A program made the translations under genes and the position numbers. A model generated the notes under the pieces. The model was not told the DNA's origin, made no database searches, and saw only the letters and a program-made list of their open reading frames with translations. Below are positions 34,692 through 45,269 of a stretch of DNA of 64,000 nt, piece after piece (positions within the stretch are counted from its first letter, which is position 1; each line of letters begins with the position of its first letter). Location of the stretch: IMG/VR virus record IMGVR_UViG_3300041955_000531. One strand, written 5' to 3'. This DNA comes from a virus.

Positions 34692-34898
34692 TTAGTCCCA
34701 GCTTGCTAGATAAACACCAGTAACACGATGACTACCATCAATGTAGTCACCTTGAATCTCAACGAAGTCCTGGACATCTTTGTCCTTTGACATCGCGAGC
34801 GCTTCGTCCAGGTCGTGAGCCGAGACCTCTATTGAGACCATCAGCTTAAGCTGGGCCTGGATGCAATACGTTTCCACTTTCTTGGATTTGTCGGCCAC
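34692..34898 (-). CDS. Hypothetical protein
   Basis: RBS GGAGG; 68 aa. Confidence 0.6.
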   Translation of the reverse strand: MADKSKKVETYCIQAQLKLMVSIEVSAHDLDEALAMSKDKDVQDFVEIQGDYIDGSHRVTGVYLASWD

Positions 34899-34909
34899 GA
34901 GGACCTCCT

Positions 34910-35206
34910 TTAGGCGGGGTTGTCTTGTCCTTCCGCGAGGATCTCTGCTTGGTTGTCGTTGATTTCACTCAACTCAGCGTGCATATCTTCAAGTACTTCT
35001 ATTTCCTGCTCAGCCTTGGCGGCTAGAGCTTTATGAAGAGCTTCCAACACCTCAGTCATCTTCTTTGACTGTTCCTTTGCTTCCTTGTGCCTTATTCTTT
35101 CTTCTCTGGAGTGCAAGGCACTATCCCGCAGCTCCACAATAAAGAATATCACAATGAGAAAGTCAGCCAAACACTGAAAGACATCTACTAACAACTGTGC
35201 TGGCAT
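34910..35206 (-). CDS. Membrane-anchored coiled-coil protein
   Basis: N-terminal TM helix plus acidic coil. Confidence 0.55.
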   Translation of the reverse strand: MPAQLLVDVFQCLADFLIVIFFIVELRDSALHSREERIRHKEAKEQSKKMTEVLEALHKALAAKAEQEIEVLEDMHAELSEINDNQAEILAEGQDNPA

Positions 35207-35910
35207 TACTCACTCCGTGCTTCTACCTCTCTGTCGGCGAATATGGTCTTCATCAGGAAGTCATCAAAGGATGAGCAACGTACGTCATCCAAATCCGTAT
35301 ACTGCCTGTTCCACGGCCGGTCCATAAGGAAAGCCTTGGTCTTGCCAAGCTTGTTGATCTCTTCCACGTGCTTGTGGAAGTCATCCAAATGGAAGTCTAC
35401 TCCTAGTTGTTCAAGGAGGGCAGGACGGTCGTCTCCGCCGGCGTTGCAGCCGGTAATCAGGGGAACTCCTTGGTTGCGAATCCAACGCGAAAGGAGCTGA
35501 GTGGTATCCTGAATACCCTCCTTGGCTAGGAGATTAACACGAACGGTGACAGCGTACAGGTTGTACAGCGCATCGTCCAAATCGTTGTTAATAGCAACGA
35601 AGTCCACGTTATGATAAGACTCGAGATTCAAATAGAACTCGGGGATCTTAAGCATAGCGTCGAAGGCAGTCTCAAACTGGTCCTTCGTCATGATCGGATT
35701 CTCAGCCTTCCAGGGCTCATCATTCACCCATTGGTCTTCAGTCAGCTGGGTACCGTTCAGTTCGTTGAAGACTCCCAGAAAGCCCGCCACCCAGTTACAT
35801 ATAACCCCGTCGACGTCGGTACTAACAACATAGAGCTTGTCCTTAGGGTTATCTGTTTCTGGTCTGCCGTGCTTGTTATACTTGAGAGTCTTGTCCATCC
35901 ATGGTTGCAT
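35206..35910 (-). CDS. HAD-family 5'(3')-nucleotidase
   Basis: DVDGVI, VTVR, HLDD and DRPWN motifs. Confidence 0.85.
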   Translation of the reverse strand: MQPWMDKTLKYNKHGRPETDNPKDKLYVVSTDVDGVICNWVAGFLGVFNELNGTQLTEDQWVNDEPWKAENPIMTKDQFETAFDAMLKIPEFYLNLESYHNVDFVAINNDLDDALYNLYAVTVRVNLLAKEGIQDTTQLLSRWIRNQGVPLITGCNAGGDDRPALLEQLGVDFHLDDFHKHVEEINKLGKTKAFLMDRPWNRQYTDLDDVRCSSFDDFLMKTIFADREVEARSE

Positions 35911-36547
35911 TGTTATTCACCTCTACAGGCTCCACTTGCACAGATCCCGGTACTTCAGTACCAGCGGGTAGTTGTGCTTGAGCGGGTTCAGCCACAGGTA
36001 TCGGTGTATCAGCCACTGCCGGCAGTTCAAAATGAACTTGGTCTGGACGGACACAGAGCGAACCACGGCTTCCCTCTTGAAACCCATACATGACTCCTAT
36101 CCCAGGGTAAAACGTTGCTGAATCCAGGGTGATATGATCACCCTTCTTAAAGCCTGGGCGGCGGACACGCATCTTGGTCTCGCGACCTTCAACAGATACG
36201 TATTCTATGTCGCCCACATAGCACTGGCGTTCCATTCTCCGCGGCAAGTCCTCCAATAGAGTAGCGTCTATAACCTTTGGCACAGGGATCGGAAAGGACC
36301 TCTGCCTTGCTGGCCGGTGGAACTTATAACTGACCGGTGGGGGCCCTGGCGTTGGGGCTTCCACCGGTGCTTCTTGTGCTACTTCAGGTGGACTAACCGG
36401 TCCACCTTCAGAAATCATATCCTGTACTTCTTGCACAGCCTCATGGAACGCAGCTTCCAAGACCGCATCTGGCAGCTTGGGCGCCTGAGGAACCGGGCTA
36501 AACTTTGGATCCCACTCTGGATCTCCGGGCTTGATGATCTTATTCAT
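35876..36547 (-). CDS. Hypothetical protein
   Basis: 223-aa Pro-rich ORF. Confidence 0.6.
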   Translation of the reverse strand: MNKIIKPGDPEWDPKFSPVPQAPKLPDAVLEAAFHEAVQEVQDMISEGGPVSPPEVAQEAPVEAPTPGPPPVSYKFHRPARQRSFPIPVPKVIDATLLEDLPRRMERQCYVGDIEYVSVEGRETKMRVRRPGFKKGDHITLDSATFYPGIGVMYGFQEGSRGSLCVRPDQVHFELPAVADTPIPVAEPAQAQLPAGTEVPGSVQVEPVEVNNNATMDGQDSQV

Positions 36548-36632
36548 TTCTTTCTTCCTTTGGAGGTTATTCCCTCTCTATTCCTTTCCAGTAACTGCAG
36601 GAAAATAATAGGAATCATGTGGCCGTCAGAAT

Positions 36633-37211
36633 CTAAGACAGGCTCGCCATACAAAACTTGAAACTAGTATCAAGTTTGATAGGCCCACCGTTCTTGCCAA
36701 CCACATATAACTGATCCTCAGCGCGCGATTTAGCCTGAATCTTCTGAACTACTTGATTCCAAGGATCATCTGTAACAAAGAGATCTTTCCCGGTGTACTC
36801 GTCTTTCAAACTACCAGCTTCTTGTACAGTAAAACCTTTGTCTTTAAAGTACCGAGCTGTGATTGTCTCTCCACACATCCCAAGCCATTCTTCAGTCACA
36901 GGATTTGGCCGCGTAGACAGGAGCAGTTGATATGTCTGCTCCATAGACTCAGTGAACGGAATGATTTGTATACCTTCAACTTTAGTAGGATCGATCAGAT
37001 AGCCAAAAGCTCTTACATATTGCTCTTCAGGCTTACCTATCGTTTTCCTGATTGCCATTACTTTGCTACGATGTAGCTTAGGAGTTCGAGCATTCGCATT
37101 GATATGCTCTTCATCCATGATTTTTACCAACGAGGTCCGTGGCATCAAATACATTATACGCCGGCCAGCAGACAAATCCAAACACACATGTGATAGATAA
37201 TGATAGTCCAA
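36633..37211 (-). CDS. Hypothetical protein
   Basis: 192-aa ORF; start uncertain. Confidence 0.5.
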   Translation of the reverse strand: MDYHYLSHVCLDLSAGRRIMYLMPRTSLVKIMDEEHINANARTPKLHRSKVMAIRKTIGKPEEQYVRAFGYLIDPTKVEGIQIIPFTESMEQTYQLLLSTRPNPVTEEWLGMCGETITARYFKDKGFTVQEAGSLKDEYTGKDLFVTDDPWNQVVQKIQAKSRAEDQLYVVGKNGGPIKLDTSFKFCMASLS

Positions 37212-37278
37212 CTTACGGGGCTCTGTTCAGTGAGCCCCCATGAGTTGATTTCTTTGCTACCGTAGAGCTTAAGACTCA

Positions 37279-38562
37279 TTACTCAACCTCAACGAAGTTG
37301 ATGTCATTCGTTGCGGTGAGACCCGTCTTCTTGTTCGTACGGAACAAGGTATAACCGCGGGTCAGAGGACGCGGAGCACCAGCAAGCTTGGGCTGCGCAT
37401 CATAGTCTGGAGTCAGACACATACAACCATTCTCGATTCCGATTACCTGGTAATCGTTCCAAGTCTTGCCTGCCATGTGGGTATGACCCATCACGGCTGC
37501 GGAGACGGGAAGATGAACCAGGCCTACTGGGATAGCTTTCTTGTAGACCCAATCAATGAACCCACCGACACTCTTGTTGGGAATGCGCGAGTAGAGTTCT
37601 GGATGACCGATGACGATATCGCCGCACTGATAGACGAATCGATACTCGGCGAAGCCATCCTTTGGCACTTCAGGAATGACAATGTTCTCAAACTGCTTGG
37701 TTTGCAGCTCGGCGAAGTCGAATGTGTCAGGTCCATGGAAGTCCAATAGACTCTGATAGAGATCCGCGGGCAATAGCTGAGCGAACTTCTTTCGAGTGCG
37801 CTCGTCATGATTCCCGGGCATCATAATGACTTCGGGATAGGCTGCAGAAAGCTTCTTGAGAATCAGCAAGAAGGCCTTGTGCTCTTCCCGAACAGAGAAG
37901 TGTTGGCCATACTTCATGTACTTGCTGTAGTTATGGTAATCAGGACCGTCACCAGCAAGGATACAAATATCCACCTTGCCAGCGGTGTCAGCGATCATCT
38001 TATCGAAGCGAGCTTCATCGTGGAATGGAGCATGGATGTCGCTAACGATCAAACCTTCTAGGTAATCAGGATTCCCAGGGCCCTTACCTGTTTCAGTGCC
38101 GGCCGGCCAGCTATGCCAGCCTACCCAATCACGATACTCCGTTAGGATCTCGTCAAAGTTCTTGGCGTACATCGTCTTCATGGGAGATACTTCAACGACT
38201 TTAGGGCTCACAACACTTGTATCCATGTTGTTCACTGTATTGAAGATATCCCAGCACTTCTTACAACCAGATCCACCACAACAGGTTGGCGCCACGCTAC
38301 CTTGATAGGTATGCGAGCTACCACAATCCTCTGGGAGGACGGAACTAATCACAGGCTCTGGAACAGCAACCTCGACTATGATTCCCTTCCACGCTTCCTT
38401 CACTTCTTCAACCGTACGGCCGACCTCGTATGCGATCTCCGTGAACTTCATTCGATGACCCAGCAAGGAATAAATCAAATCCTTCTTGGTCTTGGGAGCA
38501 ATAACGTCCCAGTCGTTCTTAAGGTTGAAGATAGCTTCGTCCTTGTTCATGCCTTTCGACAT
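37279..38562 (-). CDS. Metallophosphoesterase with N-terminal HTH
   Basis: SDIHAP, GDGPD, PGNHD and GHTH motifs. Confidence 0.85.
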   Translation of the reverse strand: MSKGMNKDEAIFNLKNDWDVIAPKTKKDLIYSLLGHRMKFTEIAYEVGRTVEEVKEAWKGIIVEVAVPEPVISSVLPEDCGSSHTYQGSVAPTCCGGSGCKKCWDIFNTVNNMDTSVVSPKVVEVSPMKTMYAKNFDEILTEYRDWVGWHSWPAGTETGKGPGNPDYLEGLIVSDIHAPFHDEARFDKMIADTAGKVDICILAGDGPDYHNYSKYMKYGQHFSVREEHKAFLLILKKLSAAYPEVIMMPGNHDERTRKKFAQLLPADLYQSLLDFHGPDTFDFAELQTKQFENIVIPEVPKDGFAEYRFVYQCGDIVIGHPELYSRIPNKSVGGFIDWVYKKAIPVGLVHLPVSAAVMGHTHMAGKTWNDYQVIGIENGCMCLTPDYDAQPKLAGAPRPLTRGYTLFRTNKKTGLTATNDINFVEVE

Positions 38563-38573
38563 GTAGCCTCCTC

Positions 38574-39041
38574 TTAGCTCGTTCTATGTTGATATAGAAA
38601 ATAAGCTAAGGTATCGTATGTTTTGTCGTCGAGGTCCCCGCCAAGCCAGCTACGATCGTAGCGACCTTCAGGAGCCCTTAACATCTCATTGATGCGAATC
38701 GACCTCTCGTTTTGCTTGCGCGGGTCGTCCATCAACCACTTGGGGTATTTCTTGGTGTCCTGACTCTCTAGGAATAGAGCGTCAACCGTGTCACGGTAAA
38801 CGACGAAGACACGCGCGCTCGATTTGTGCCGTATCGTTGCAAGGTGTTCTGCAAGAACGAGCTCATCAGACGTCCGCGCCACATTGGAGCTAAGATTGAT
38901 ACGCGGATCACCTGGGTTTTTACAGATTGCCCCGGGCATTGCATACTGACGCTCATCTGTTATCTCGAGTTGAGACAGGAACTCCTGGTCGATCTTGCGA
39001 CCGGCCAGGAGTGGATTGATTTTAACTTCCTGATTTTGCAT
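38574..39041 (-). CDS. Hypothetical protein
   Basis: MQNQEV... coupled to upstream gene. Confidence 0.55.
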   Translation of the reverse strand: MQNQEVKINPLLAGRKIDQEFLSQLEITDERQYAMPGAICKNPGDPRINLSSNVARTSDELVLAEHLATIRHKSSARVFVVYRDTVDALFLESQDTKKYPKWLMDDPRKQNERSIRINEMLRAPEGRYDRSWLGGDLDDKTYDTLAYFLYQHRTS

Positions 39042-39483
39042 TGGCCTTGACATACAAGTCGTTCTCGATCTTGTCGACACGCTGAATAACAGCTTCGACA
39101 CGACCTTCAACAAACTTGCCCGCAACTGCCTCAAGCACATTACCCTTGACAGAATCAAGCGTCTGAGCGTTCAGGTAGGCTTGGGCCTTGCCGATGGACT
39201 CACGTAGGAGTTTCTGTGAGGTCTCATAGATACCACCAGCACGACGTCCAACTGCCGGCTTGGGTAGTATTGGGAAACCACACGGGCAAATCAAAAGAGG
39301 GAACACCTGCTCATTGGGATCTGCCAAGATCTCAACAGAGCCGGAACCTCCAGCTAGATACTTGGTAACTTGCACTTCATAGAAGTGCCCGCCACCACAG
39401 CGTTCGCAGACAACATCTTTGCCTGCCATTGCTCGTTGCTGGGCTTGTATTCGCGCAGCAGCATTACTTGGACTGTTGCTCAT
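39022..39483 (-). CDS. Zinc-ribbon hypothetical protein
   Basis: CERCG...CPCG. Confidence 0.6.
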   Translation of the reverse strand: MSNSPSNAAARIQAQQRAMAGKDVVCERCGGGHFYEVQVTKYLAGGSGSVEILADPNEQVFPLLICPCGFPILPKPAVGRRAGGIYETSQKLLRESIGKAQAYLNAQTLDSVKGNVLEAVAGKFVEGRVEAVIQRVDKIENDLYVKANAKSGS

Positions 39484-39727
39484 GATTATCGTCCTCCTCG
39501 GGATCGATGATTATGGGGATGCGAACCCTAGTGAGATCGGTGTCTTCTGCGATGAAATCGCCCAGAGTCTTTCCACATATTACACACTTGTCGTTCACGT
39601 CCAGACCATTACGATGGTCGCCGTGAAACTCACATTCGTGTGCTTCGTGGACTACATTTTCAGAGTCCACAAATCCTTTGTTCTTACCCGTTTCGGGATT
39701 GATGATTTCCATCTCGTCGGCTGTCAT
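39464..39727 (-). CDS. Hypothetical protein
   Basis: 87 aa; CVICG. Confidence 0.55.
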   Translation of the reverse strand: MTADEMEIINPETGKNKGFVDSENVVHEAHECEFHGDHRNGLDVNDKCVICGKTLGDFIAEDTDLTRVRIPIIIDPEEDDNHEQQSK

Positions 39728-39750
39728 ATTCCACCTACCTCATTATACCA

Positions 39751-42411
39751 TTAGAACGGTTCCTTATGAGCCGCATGGCTGCCTATGCCAGGAGTTGGGT
39801 CAGTATTCTTGGCAGCAGCCTTATATTCATTGGCGAGCTGATGATACTTAGCCTGATCATTCAGGCTGCACTCATCCATTCGCCCTGACCTGGGCTCGAA
39901 CTTGTAATAGATCGTGCCGTCAAAGGAGTTGATCTTCGACTTGTCGAACACCAGCTCTAAGACAGGCACACGATAAGGCGGAGCGTTGGTGATAGGATCC
40001 TTATGATCCTGATCGGGATCAATCAATGTAGCATCATCCCCAAAGTCCTTGATGTCGTTGTAAACACCGATGTTAAGAGATGAATCGTAGGAGATACCAC
40101 CCGTGCCTTTGATATTCCTTACGCGCGGGCGAACCCCGGGCTGAAGAGAAGTCTTAGGCAGCTCCATGGTCATGATGATCGTTGCATGGTACTTGTTTGC
40201 AAGACCTTTAACAAACGAAGACATGTGGCGCGTCTTAGCCTCTCCGTCTTGAAAGCCTGGGAAATCATAGAGATGAAAGTTATCTCCAATGACGACAAGC
40301 TTTCGTTCGGGGAACTTCTGACGAAGTGCCTTAATGCGGTTCTCCAAAGCTGGCAGCGAAGCAGCCAGTGTCGAAACGTCTTCTGGGATGAATAGCTCAC
40401 GTTCGATCTTCTCCTGTGTCCAGGCCATGGCTTGCTGATAGACTTCATGGAACTCCGGCCAGCGTTCTAATGCGAAGCCAGCCTTCTTGAAGTCATTCGA
40501 ATACCAGCCAGACTTGAATCCGTCGTCATTGAGCTTGGCATCACAGTAGTTAACCTGCTCGAACTTGGATCCCCACAGACGTGGGAGAAAGATAGGCAGG
40601 GAATCATCCACCGTATGGTAGAGAACCATGCATTCATTCGGATTGTTATCGATCAGGCGCCACGCCAGGTTAGCAAGGAAAGAAGACTTGCCCTGGTTCA
40701 TTTTGCCTGGGATGGTAACGAAGCACTCCGACCGCGGAATGCCACCAACCCACTTGTTGAAGAGAGGCCAGTCATTACCCACAGAAAGCTCGACCATGTT
40801 AGAGTCTGCTTCCTGAATGGTCTTGATCTCATCGAGATAGCGCATCGTCGCCGATACACTGTATCCAGCCCTACGCTGTTGGGCTTTCTCGATCTTGTCC
40901 ATCGTAGTGGACAATATGGTCAAAGCTTCTAACGGCTTTAGTTGCAGTTGCTTAGCTGCTTGTTGGGACAGGAGAGTAGTCTCTTCATTAACCTGAGCTA
41001 CCTCACTGTCAACTAGCCTTGTGATCTCACGCCATACCACATCCTGCGCGATCCCAGTAGCTTTAGCAAGCTGTTCTGCTTTACGAAGCCGAACGAAGTT
41101 TGATTGATCATTAACGATAAGTGGTACCATCCTCTCGGCGAGTACCGTCGGATCTTCTCCATTCTTCACCGCCTTATGTAATGACCAGCCAAATATGTCT
41201 ACCTTCTCAAGTTGACGGAAGGCTTTCAGTCCGCCCATCTTGCGGATATAGTTGTCTGGATCGTCGGTGCCTTCTGGCATAGCTACGATTTCAACGCGGA
41301 GGCCAATGTTTCCTCCAACAGACTCCTCCAAAAGCTTGACAAACCGATCAGTGCCAGCTTCTCCTGCGTTGTCAGCGTCGAGAACAAAGACAATGTGCTT
41401 GATACCAAGACCGAGAATAAGTTCGAGATGGTCTCGCGTGAACGACGTCGACCCAATCGAACAGCTGTTCTGTAGTCCTGCGTTGACAGCTGTGACGCAA
41501 TCGGAATACCCCTCAAAGACGTACAGCGGAGGAGTATACTTCCGGGCCCGGTGCAGGCCGAATAGTCTCTTCGACTTCTGATAAATCCTGTTCCGAATGG
41601 CAGTCTCTTCACCAGCATACTCCATCGAGTTTATGTACTTCGCTGGCCGTTTGAGTTCCAATAGTCCCAGCTTACGCTCGTCGCTATCTTCCGCAGTCGT
41701 AGCCAATACATTAGCCTTAGCAGATTCGTACTGTTTGGCTTCTTCTTCGTATAATAGGTTGCGACATGCAAAACCAACTGGGTTGGCATTCTCATCCTTA
41801 ACAGTAAAGACGAGATTGTTTTCATTGAACATACTCCTACGGTGCAGATCGACTTCCTTCATGAAGGCGTCTGTCCAACCATGCTGCTTCTTCATACGCT
41901 CGATGAACTTTTCGTACGACTCCACAGAGCCGACTCCAAGTCCCACGCGCGTCTCTTTCGACCAGCCGTAGTCAGTAAGCTTCGACTCAACGCGGTCGCT
42001 AAACTTGGAGAAGAGAAGGATCTGCGCAGCGTCGCGATAGGCACGATACGTATCCATCTCATACTGTTCCTCAGGATTGGGTTCCTCAATAGGAACCTCA
42101 ACTCCAAAGGTATCAGCGAGATACTTCAAGTTGTCATGGATAAATGCGGCGCCAGACAGCGCTCGCTGTTCGAGGAAGTAGGCCGCGGTAAAGATATCGC
42201 CCGTGCAATCGCAGCCAAAGCAGTGGAAATAACGTCCCTGAGAGTCAGGAACTATCCCACAAGAGGGATCGCTATCCTCATGTTCAGGGTTCAGACAGCT
42301 GAACAGTTTGCCGCTCTTGATGTGGCGGCCCTGGGATTCCAGGTACTGAACGAGATACTCACGCAACTGATCTTTAGCTGCGCTGTACTTACTCAGAATG
42401 TTGTTTGTCAT
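39751..42411 (-). CDS. Fused DNA primase-helicase (DnaG-DnaB type)
   Basis: CHC2 zinc finger, KYINS, EGYSD, TOPRIM LDADNAG/DPD, then Walker A GKMNQGKSS and IKGTGGISYD. Confidence 0.92.
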   Translation of the reverse strand: MTNNILSKYSAAKDQLREYLVQYLESQGRHIKSGKLFSCLNPEHEDSDPSCGIVPDSQGRYFHCFGCDCTGDIFTAAYFLEQRALSGAAFIHDNLKYLADTFGVEVPIEEPNPEEQYEMDTYRAYRDAAQILLFSKFSDRVESKLTDYGWSKETRVGLGVGSVESYEKFIERMKKQHGWTDAFMKEVDLHRRSMFNENNLVFTVKDENANPVGFACRNLLYEEEAKQYESAKANVLATTAEDSDERKLGLLELKRPAKYINSMEYAGEETAIRNRIYQKSKRLFGLHRARKYTPPLYVFEGYSDCVTAVNAGLQNSCSIGSTSFTRDHLELILGLGIKHIVFVLDADNAGEAGTDRFVKLLEESVGGNIGLRVEIVAMPEGTDDPDNYIRKMGGLKAFRQLEKVDIFGWSLHKAVKNGEDPTVLAERMVPLIVNDQSNFVRLRKAEQLAKATGIAQDVVWREITRLVDSEVAQVNEETTLLSQQAAKQLQLKPLEALTILSTTMDKIEKAQQRRAGYSVSATMRYLDEIKTIQEADSNMVELSVGNDWPLFNKWVGGIPRSECFVTIPGKMNQGKSSFLANLAWRLIDNNPNECMVLYHTVDDSLPIFLPRLWGSKFEQVNYCDAKLNDDGFKSGWYSNDFKKAGFALERWPEFHEVYQQAMAWTQEKIERELFIPEDVSTLAASLPALENRIKALRQKFPERKLVVIGDNFHLYDFPGFQDGEAKTRHMSSFVKGLANKYHATIIMTMELPKTSLQPGVRPRVRNIKGTGGISYDSSLNIGVYNDIKDFGDDATLIDPDQDHKDPITNAPPYRVPVLELVFDKSKINSFDGTIYYKFEPRSGRMDECSLNDQAKYHQLANEYKAAAKNTDPTPGIGSHAAHKEPF

Positions 42412-42421
42412 TGGTATCCTT

Positions 42422-42434
42422 CTGATTAGTATAA
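42422..42434 (-). promoter_or_regulatory. Conserved phage promoter motif (TGt)TATACTAATCAG
   Basis: Exact motif 10 nt upstream of the primase start. Confidence 0.7.
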
Positions 42435-42468
42435 CACATTAGCGACCGCTCAACCGCACAAAATAAGG

Positions 42469-44370
42469 CTATATCTCACAATAACCTGCAGTGCACGCAA
42501 GCTCTTGTGCGCCCAATGTGCGGTCGTCCTTCTCATACTTAGTGAGAAGGAGCCAGTCAATATTCGGGAAGGCAGCGACCGCTTTGTCGTATGCCTCCTT
42601 ATCGATGGGCGTGTATGGCGCCTGCTTATAGATGTGATCACTGTAAGGCAGGAATGAGATCCCACCGATCTCATCGAAATGTTCATAGACCCAGGCGCCT
42701 ACAGCCAGCCATTCGCTCTCTTTCACGTAGACCGTACACGACGGGTTATGCTCACACCACCATTGCCTATACTTGAGATACACCTCAAGCTGTTGCAATG
42801 CAGTAAGCTGTAAACGTGTGATAGCATGTGCCGGACTCTTAAGCGGGAAGTAGAAAACGTCCACGTCGTTGGCTTGTGTAATATCACTCTCATTGGGGAC
42901 CTTGGAGTCTCTCAGAAGAGCGGAGATAGGATCTCGCTTATCTTGCCTGACCGCGCGCGTGAAGTACTGGTCGTACCGCGGATGTATCCCAGAGCTCGAG
43001 TTAACCAGCTGTGAGACTGTTCCTGACGGCTTGACACAAGTGACAGCCGCAGCCTGGTTAATCCCAAGTCGTTTTGCCCACTCTGCGTTGGTAGCAATCG
43101 CCACCTTTTTGAGTGAGCGTAGAAGCGCTTCATGAGGATTAGCCGTAAGCGGGTTGTCCATGATACCGGTAAGCGATACACCCAGGAGCCTTTCTTCTTC
43201 GGCATTCTTCTTCCATCCTGCCCGCAAATAGCGGAAGTTCGTTAAGGTTGATTGTAAGGTTCCGAGTATCGTAGCGATACGTACCTTCTTCCGTAGGCTT
43301 CCCGGCGTGTCGTCAGGACGGATGACAACTTCAGTAAGGTTGCAAAAGCCCATATCACGCAGGATGATTTCCCCACAGGGATTCGTACCAAACTCAATCT
43401 TCTCTGTCTTTCGTCTAGTAGACGCTTTTGCTTTAAGAACTGCAGCCTGTCTATTAAATATTCCTCGCTCACCACTTTTGGATTCATATAGTGATAGCCA
43501 CTCCTTCATGAAGATTCCCATTTCGGGGCGCTCGGTATAGACAGCAGAGTTGTTAGCCAGGCGCCGATGAGGATTACTGTTGTACCACTCACCAGTCTTG
43601 GCACCACGCATACGATCGTCGGATAGATTGGACAGGGATATCATAGCAGAACGGCGGACGCCGCCGACTACCACGATGTCACCTACTTTGCACATGATGT
43701 CATGGCATTCGATTGATGTAAGTTTACGTCCAGCCGCTCGTTTAAAAGTTTCGACAGTAAACTTAAAGAGTTCGTCCAAAGGAGCTGGCCCTGAGGATCG
43801 ACCGCCGAAGGTCCTGAGCGGGGCCCCCGCCGGACGAAGTTCACTAAGGTCCCATTTCGGGACCATGCCAGTATATAATAGCGCAATGAGCTCTTTAAAC
43901 GATGTCGCCCAGCCAATCTTGCTATCCTTGACCTTAAGAGTAACGTTGGAAGGATAGAAGTTTTCTGCCACCGCGGGTAACTCGTTGACATACTGCCTCT
44001 CCACAGAGAAGCCCACGCCTGTGCCGCACATAGAAATGTACATAGCTTCGTCGAAGGCTCTTTGATTGTTCACAGCAATGTAACTACAGTTGTAGCCTGC
44101 GCAGTTGTCCTTATCGAGTGCCTCGCCGGCAGTCATGATAGCCCTCATAGAGGGCATCACTTCGAAGTTGAAGATCGCATCCCGCAGTTCCTCCGAAATC
44201 TCTTTACGAAACCGCTTCGGAATACGTACCGAGAAGAACTTAATATACCTGTCGACAGTTTCACTCCAGTTTTCCCTTCGCTCGAGGTCATAAAGCCACC
44301 TTGAATAACGAGATTTGTACATGAAATCAGAATACAGACGGCTCACATCAACAACAGGGATTGGACCCAT
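42469..44370 (-). CDS. nrdJ: Class II (B12-dependent) ribonucleotide reductase
   Basis: NCSY, VGGVRRSA, TNPCGEI, CNLTEV, KPSGTVSQL, EHNPS and C-terminal CTAGYCEI. Confidence 0.95.
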   Translation of the reverse strand: MGPIPVVDVSRLYSDFMYKSRYSRWLYDLERRENWSETVDRYIKFFSVRIPKRFRKEISEELRDAIFNFEVMPSMRAIMTAGEALDKDNCAGYNCSYIAVNNQRAFDEAMYISMCGTGVGFSVERQYVNELPAVAENFYPSNVTLKVKDSKIGWATSFKELIALLYTGMVPKWDLSELRPAGAPLRTFGGRSSGPAPLDELFKFTVETFKRAAGRKLTSIECHDIMCKVGDIVVVGGVRRSAMISLSNLSDDRMRGAKTGEWYNSNPHRRLANNSAVYTERPEMGIFMKEWLSLYESKSGERGIFNRQAAVLKAKASTRRKTEKIEFGTNPCGEIILRDMGFCNLTEVVIRPDDTPGSLRKKVRIATILGTLQSTLTNFRYLRAGWKKNAEEERLLGVSLTGIMDNPLTANPHEALLRSLKKVAIATNAEWAKRLGINQAAAVTCVKPSGTVSQLVNSSSGIHPRYDQYFTRAVRQDKRDPISALLRDSKVPNESDITQANDVDVFYFPLKSPAHAITRLQLTALQQLEVYLKYRQWWCEHNPSCTVYVKESEWLAVGAWVYEHFDEIGGISFLPYSDHIYKQAPYTPIDKEAYDKAVAAFPNIDWLLLTKYEKDDRTLGAQELACTAGYCEI

Positions 44371-44376
44371 GGTAGA

Positions 44377-45030
44377 TTACCTCGGTTTAGATAGAGCTTC
44401 GCTTTGCTTTTGCTCTGGAATGATGTCATCGTACAAGATTGGAATACGTTGCTGCATTTCGGCGAGCAATGGAATCATTACTCGCCTAAAGTCTGGATGT
44501 GTCTCCTTCGTAGTGCGCATAATCAATAGATGACGCCAGTTACGAAGATTGCCTGTTACTGCTATCGTGGAGGCAAGGGCGTTAGGTAATACAGCCCTTG
44601 CAACTTGAGGTGGCCGGCCAACTTGAAGCTGCGCGAGATACTCTCCTTCAGCACTTTCAAAGGCCAACCGGAAGTCGGGATCGTTCGGATCGATTCCCAC
44701 TGGGACGATGAAATCCATATTGCCCTTCTTTCCATAGTTGACGAAGCGAGTACTCTCTTGCGTGAAGCTAAAGAGGCGGTGTCGAACCAACTCGTGAGTA
44801 ACCCCTCGATCGACCCGGAAAAGAATGGTCGCATAAGCATGTTCCACCACACTCCAATCACCTTTATCCATCACTACAAACTTAACGAAGCGCTTCCAGC
44901 TGTCAGCTGTCTGCCCTTCTTCCGATCGATGACTGATACGTGCCATGCTTTCAATGAAGCGCAGCCGCTCGATGCCATCTTCCTGATCTTTAGGGGTAAT
45001 GATGGTAAACGTAGGTTCTATGATTCTCAT
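44377..45030 (-). CDS. thyX: FAD-dependent thymidylate synthase
   Basis: SVVEH, HELVRHRLFSFTQESTRF, ARAVLP and NLRNWRH motifs. Confidence 0.95.
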   Translation of the reverse strand: MRIIEPTFTIITPKDQEDGIERLRFIESMARISHRSEEGQTADSWKRFVKFVVMDKGDWSVVEHAYATILFRVDRGVTHELVRHRLFSFTQESTRFVNYGKKGNMDFIVPVGIDPNDPDFRLAFESAEGEYLAQLQVGRPPQVARAVLPNALASTIAVTGNLRNWRHLLIMRTTKETHPDFRRVMIPLLAEMQQRIPILYDDIIPEQKQSEALSKPR

Positions 45031-45269
45031 TTTCGTCCTGGGCCTGGCGCAAAACCAGCAAACTTGCCATCCTTGATCACCAGCTCATCCATATCACCTT
45101 CACTGTCGATATAGTAGAGTTTGCGCCCAGCTAAAAGAGGCATCAACTCTTCCACTACACGCTCAGCATCGTTCGTCACTGTCAGATGGATAGTCCATGG
45201 ACCTAAGTCCATGATAGTCACATCCCAGTTTGTCTGATCGATTACCTGATACCTAGCTGGTAGTCCCAT
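45027..45269 (-). CDS. Hypothetical protein
   Basis: TVTNDAERVV...YYIDSEG pattern; coupled to neighbours. Confidence 0.6.
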   Translation of the reverse strand: MGLPARYQVIDQTNWDVTIMDLGPWTIHLTVTNDAERVVEELMPLLAGRKLYYIDSEGDMDELVIKDGKFAGFAPGPGRK

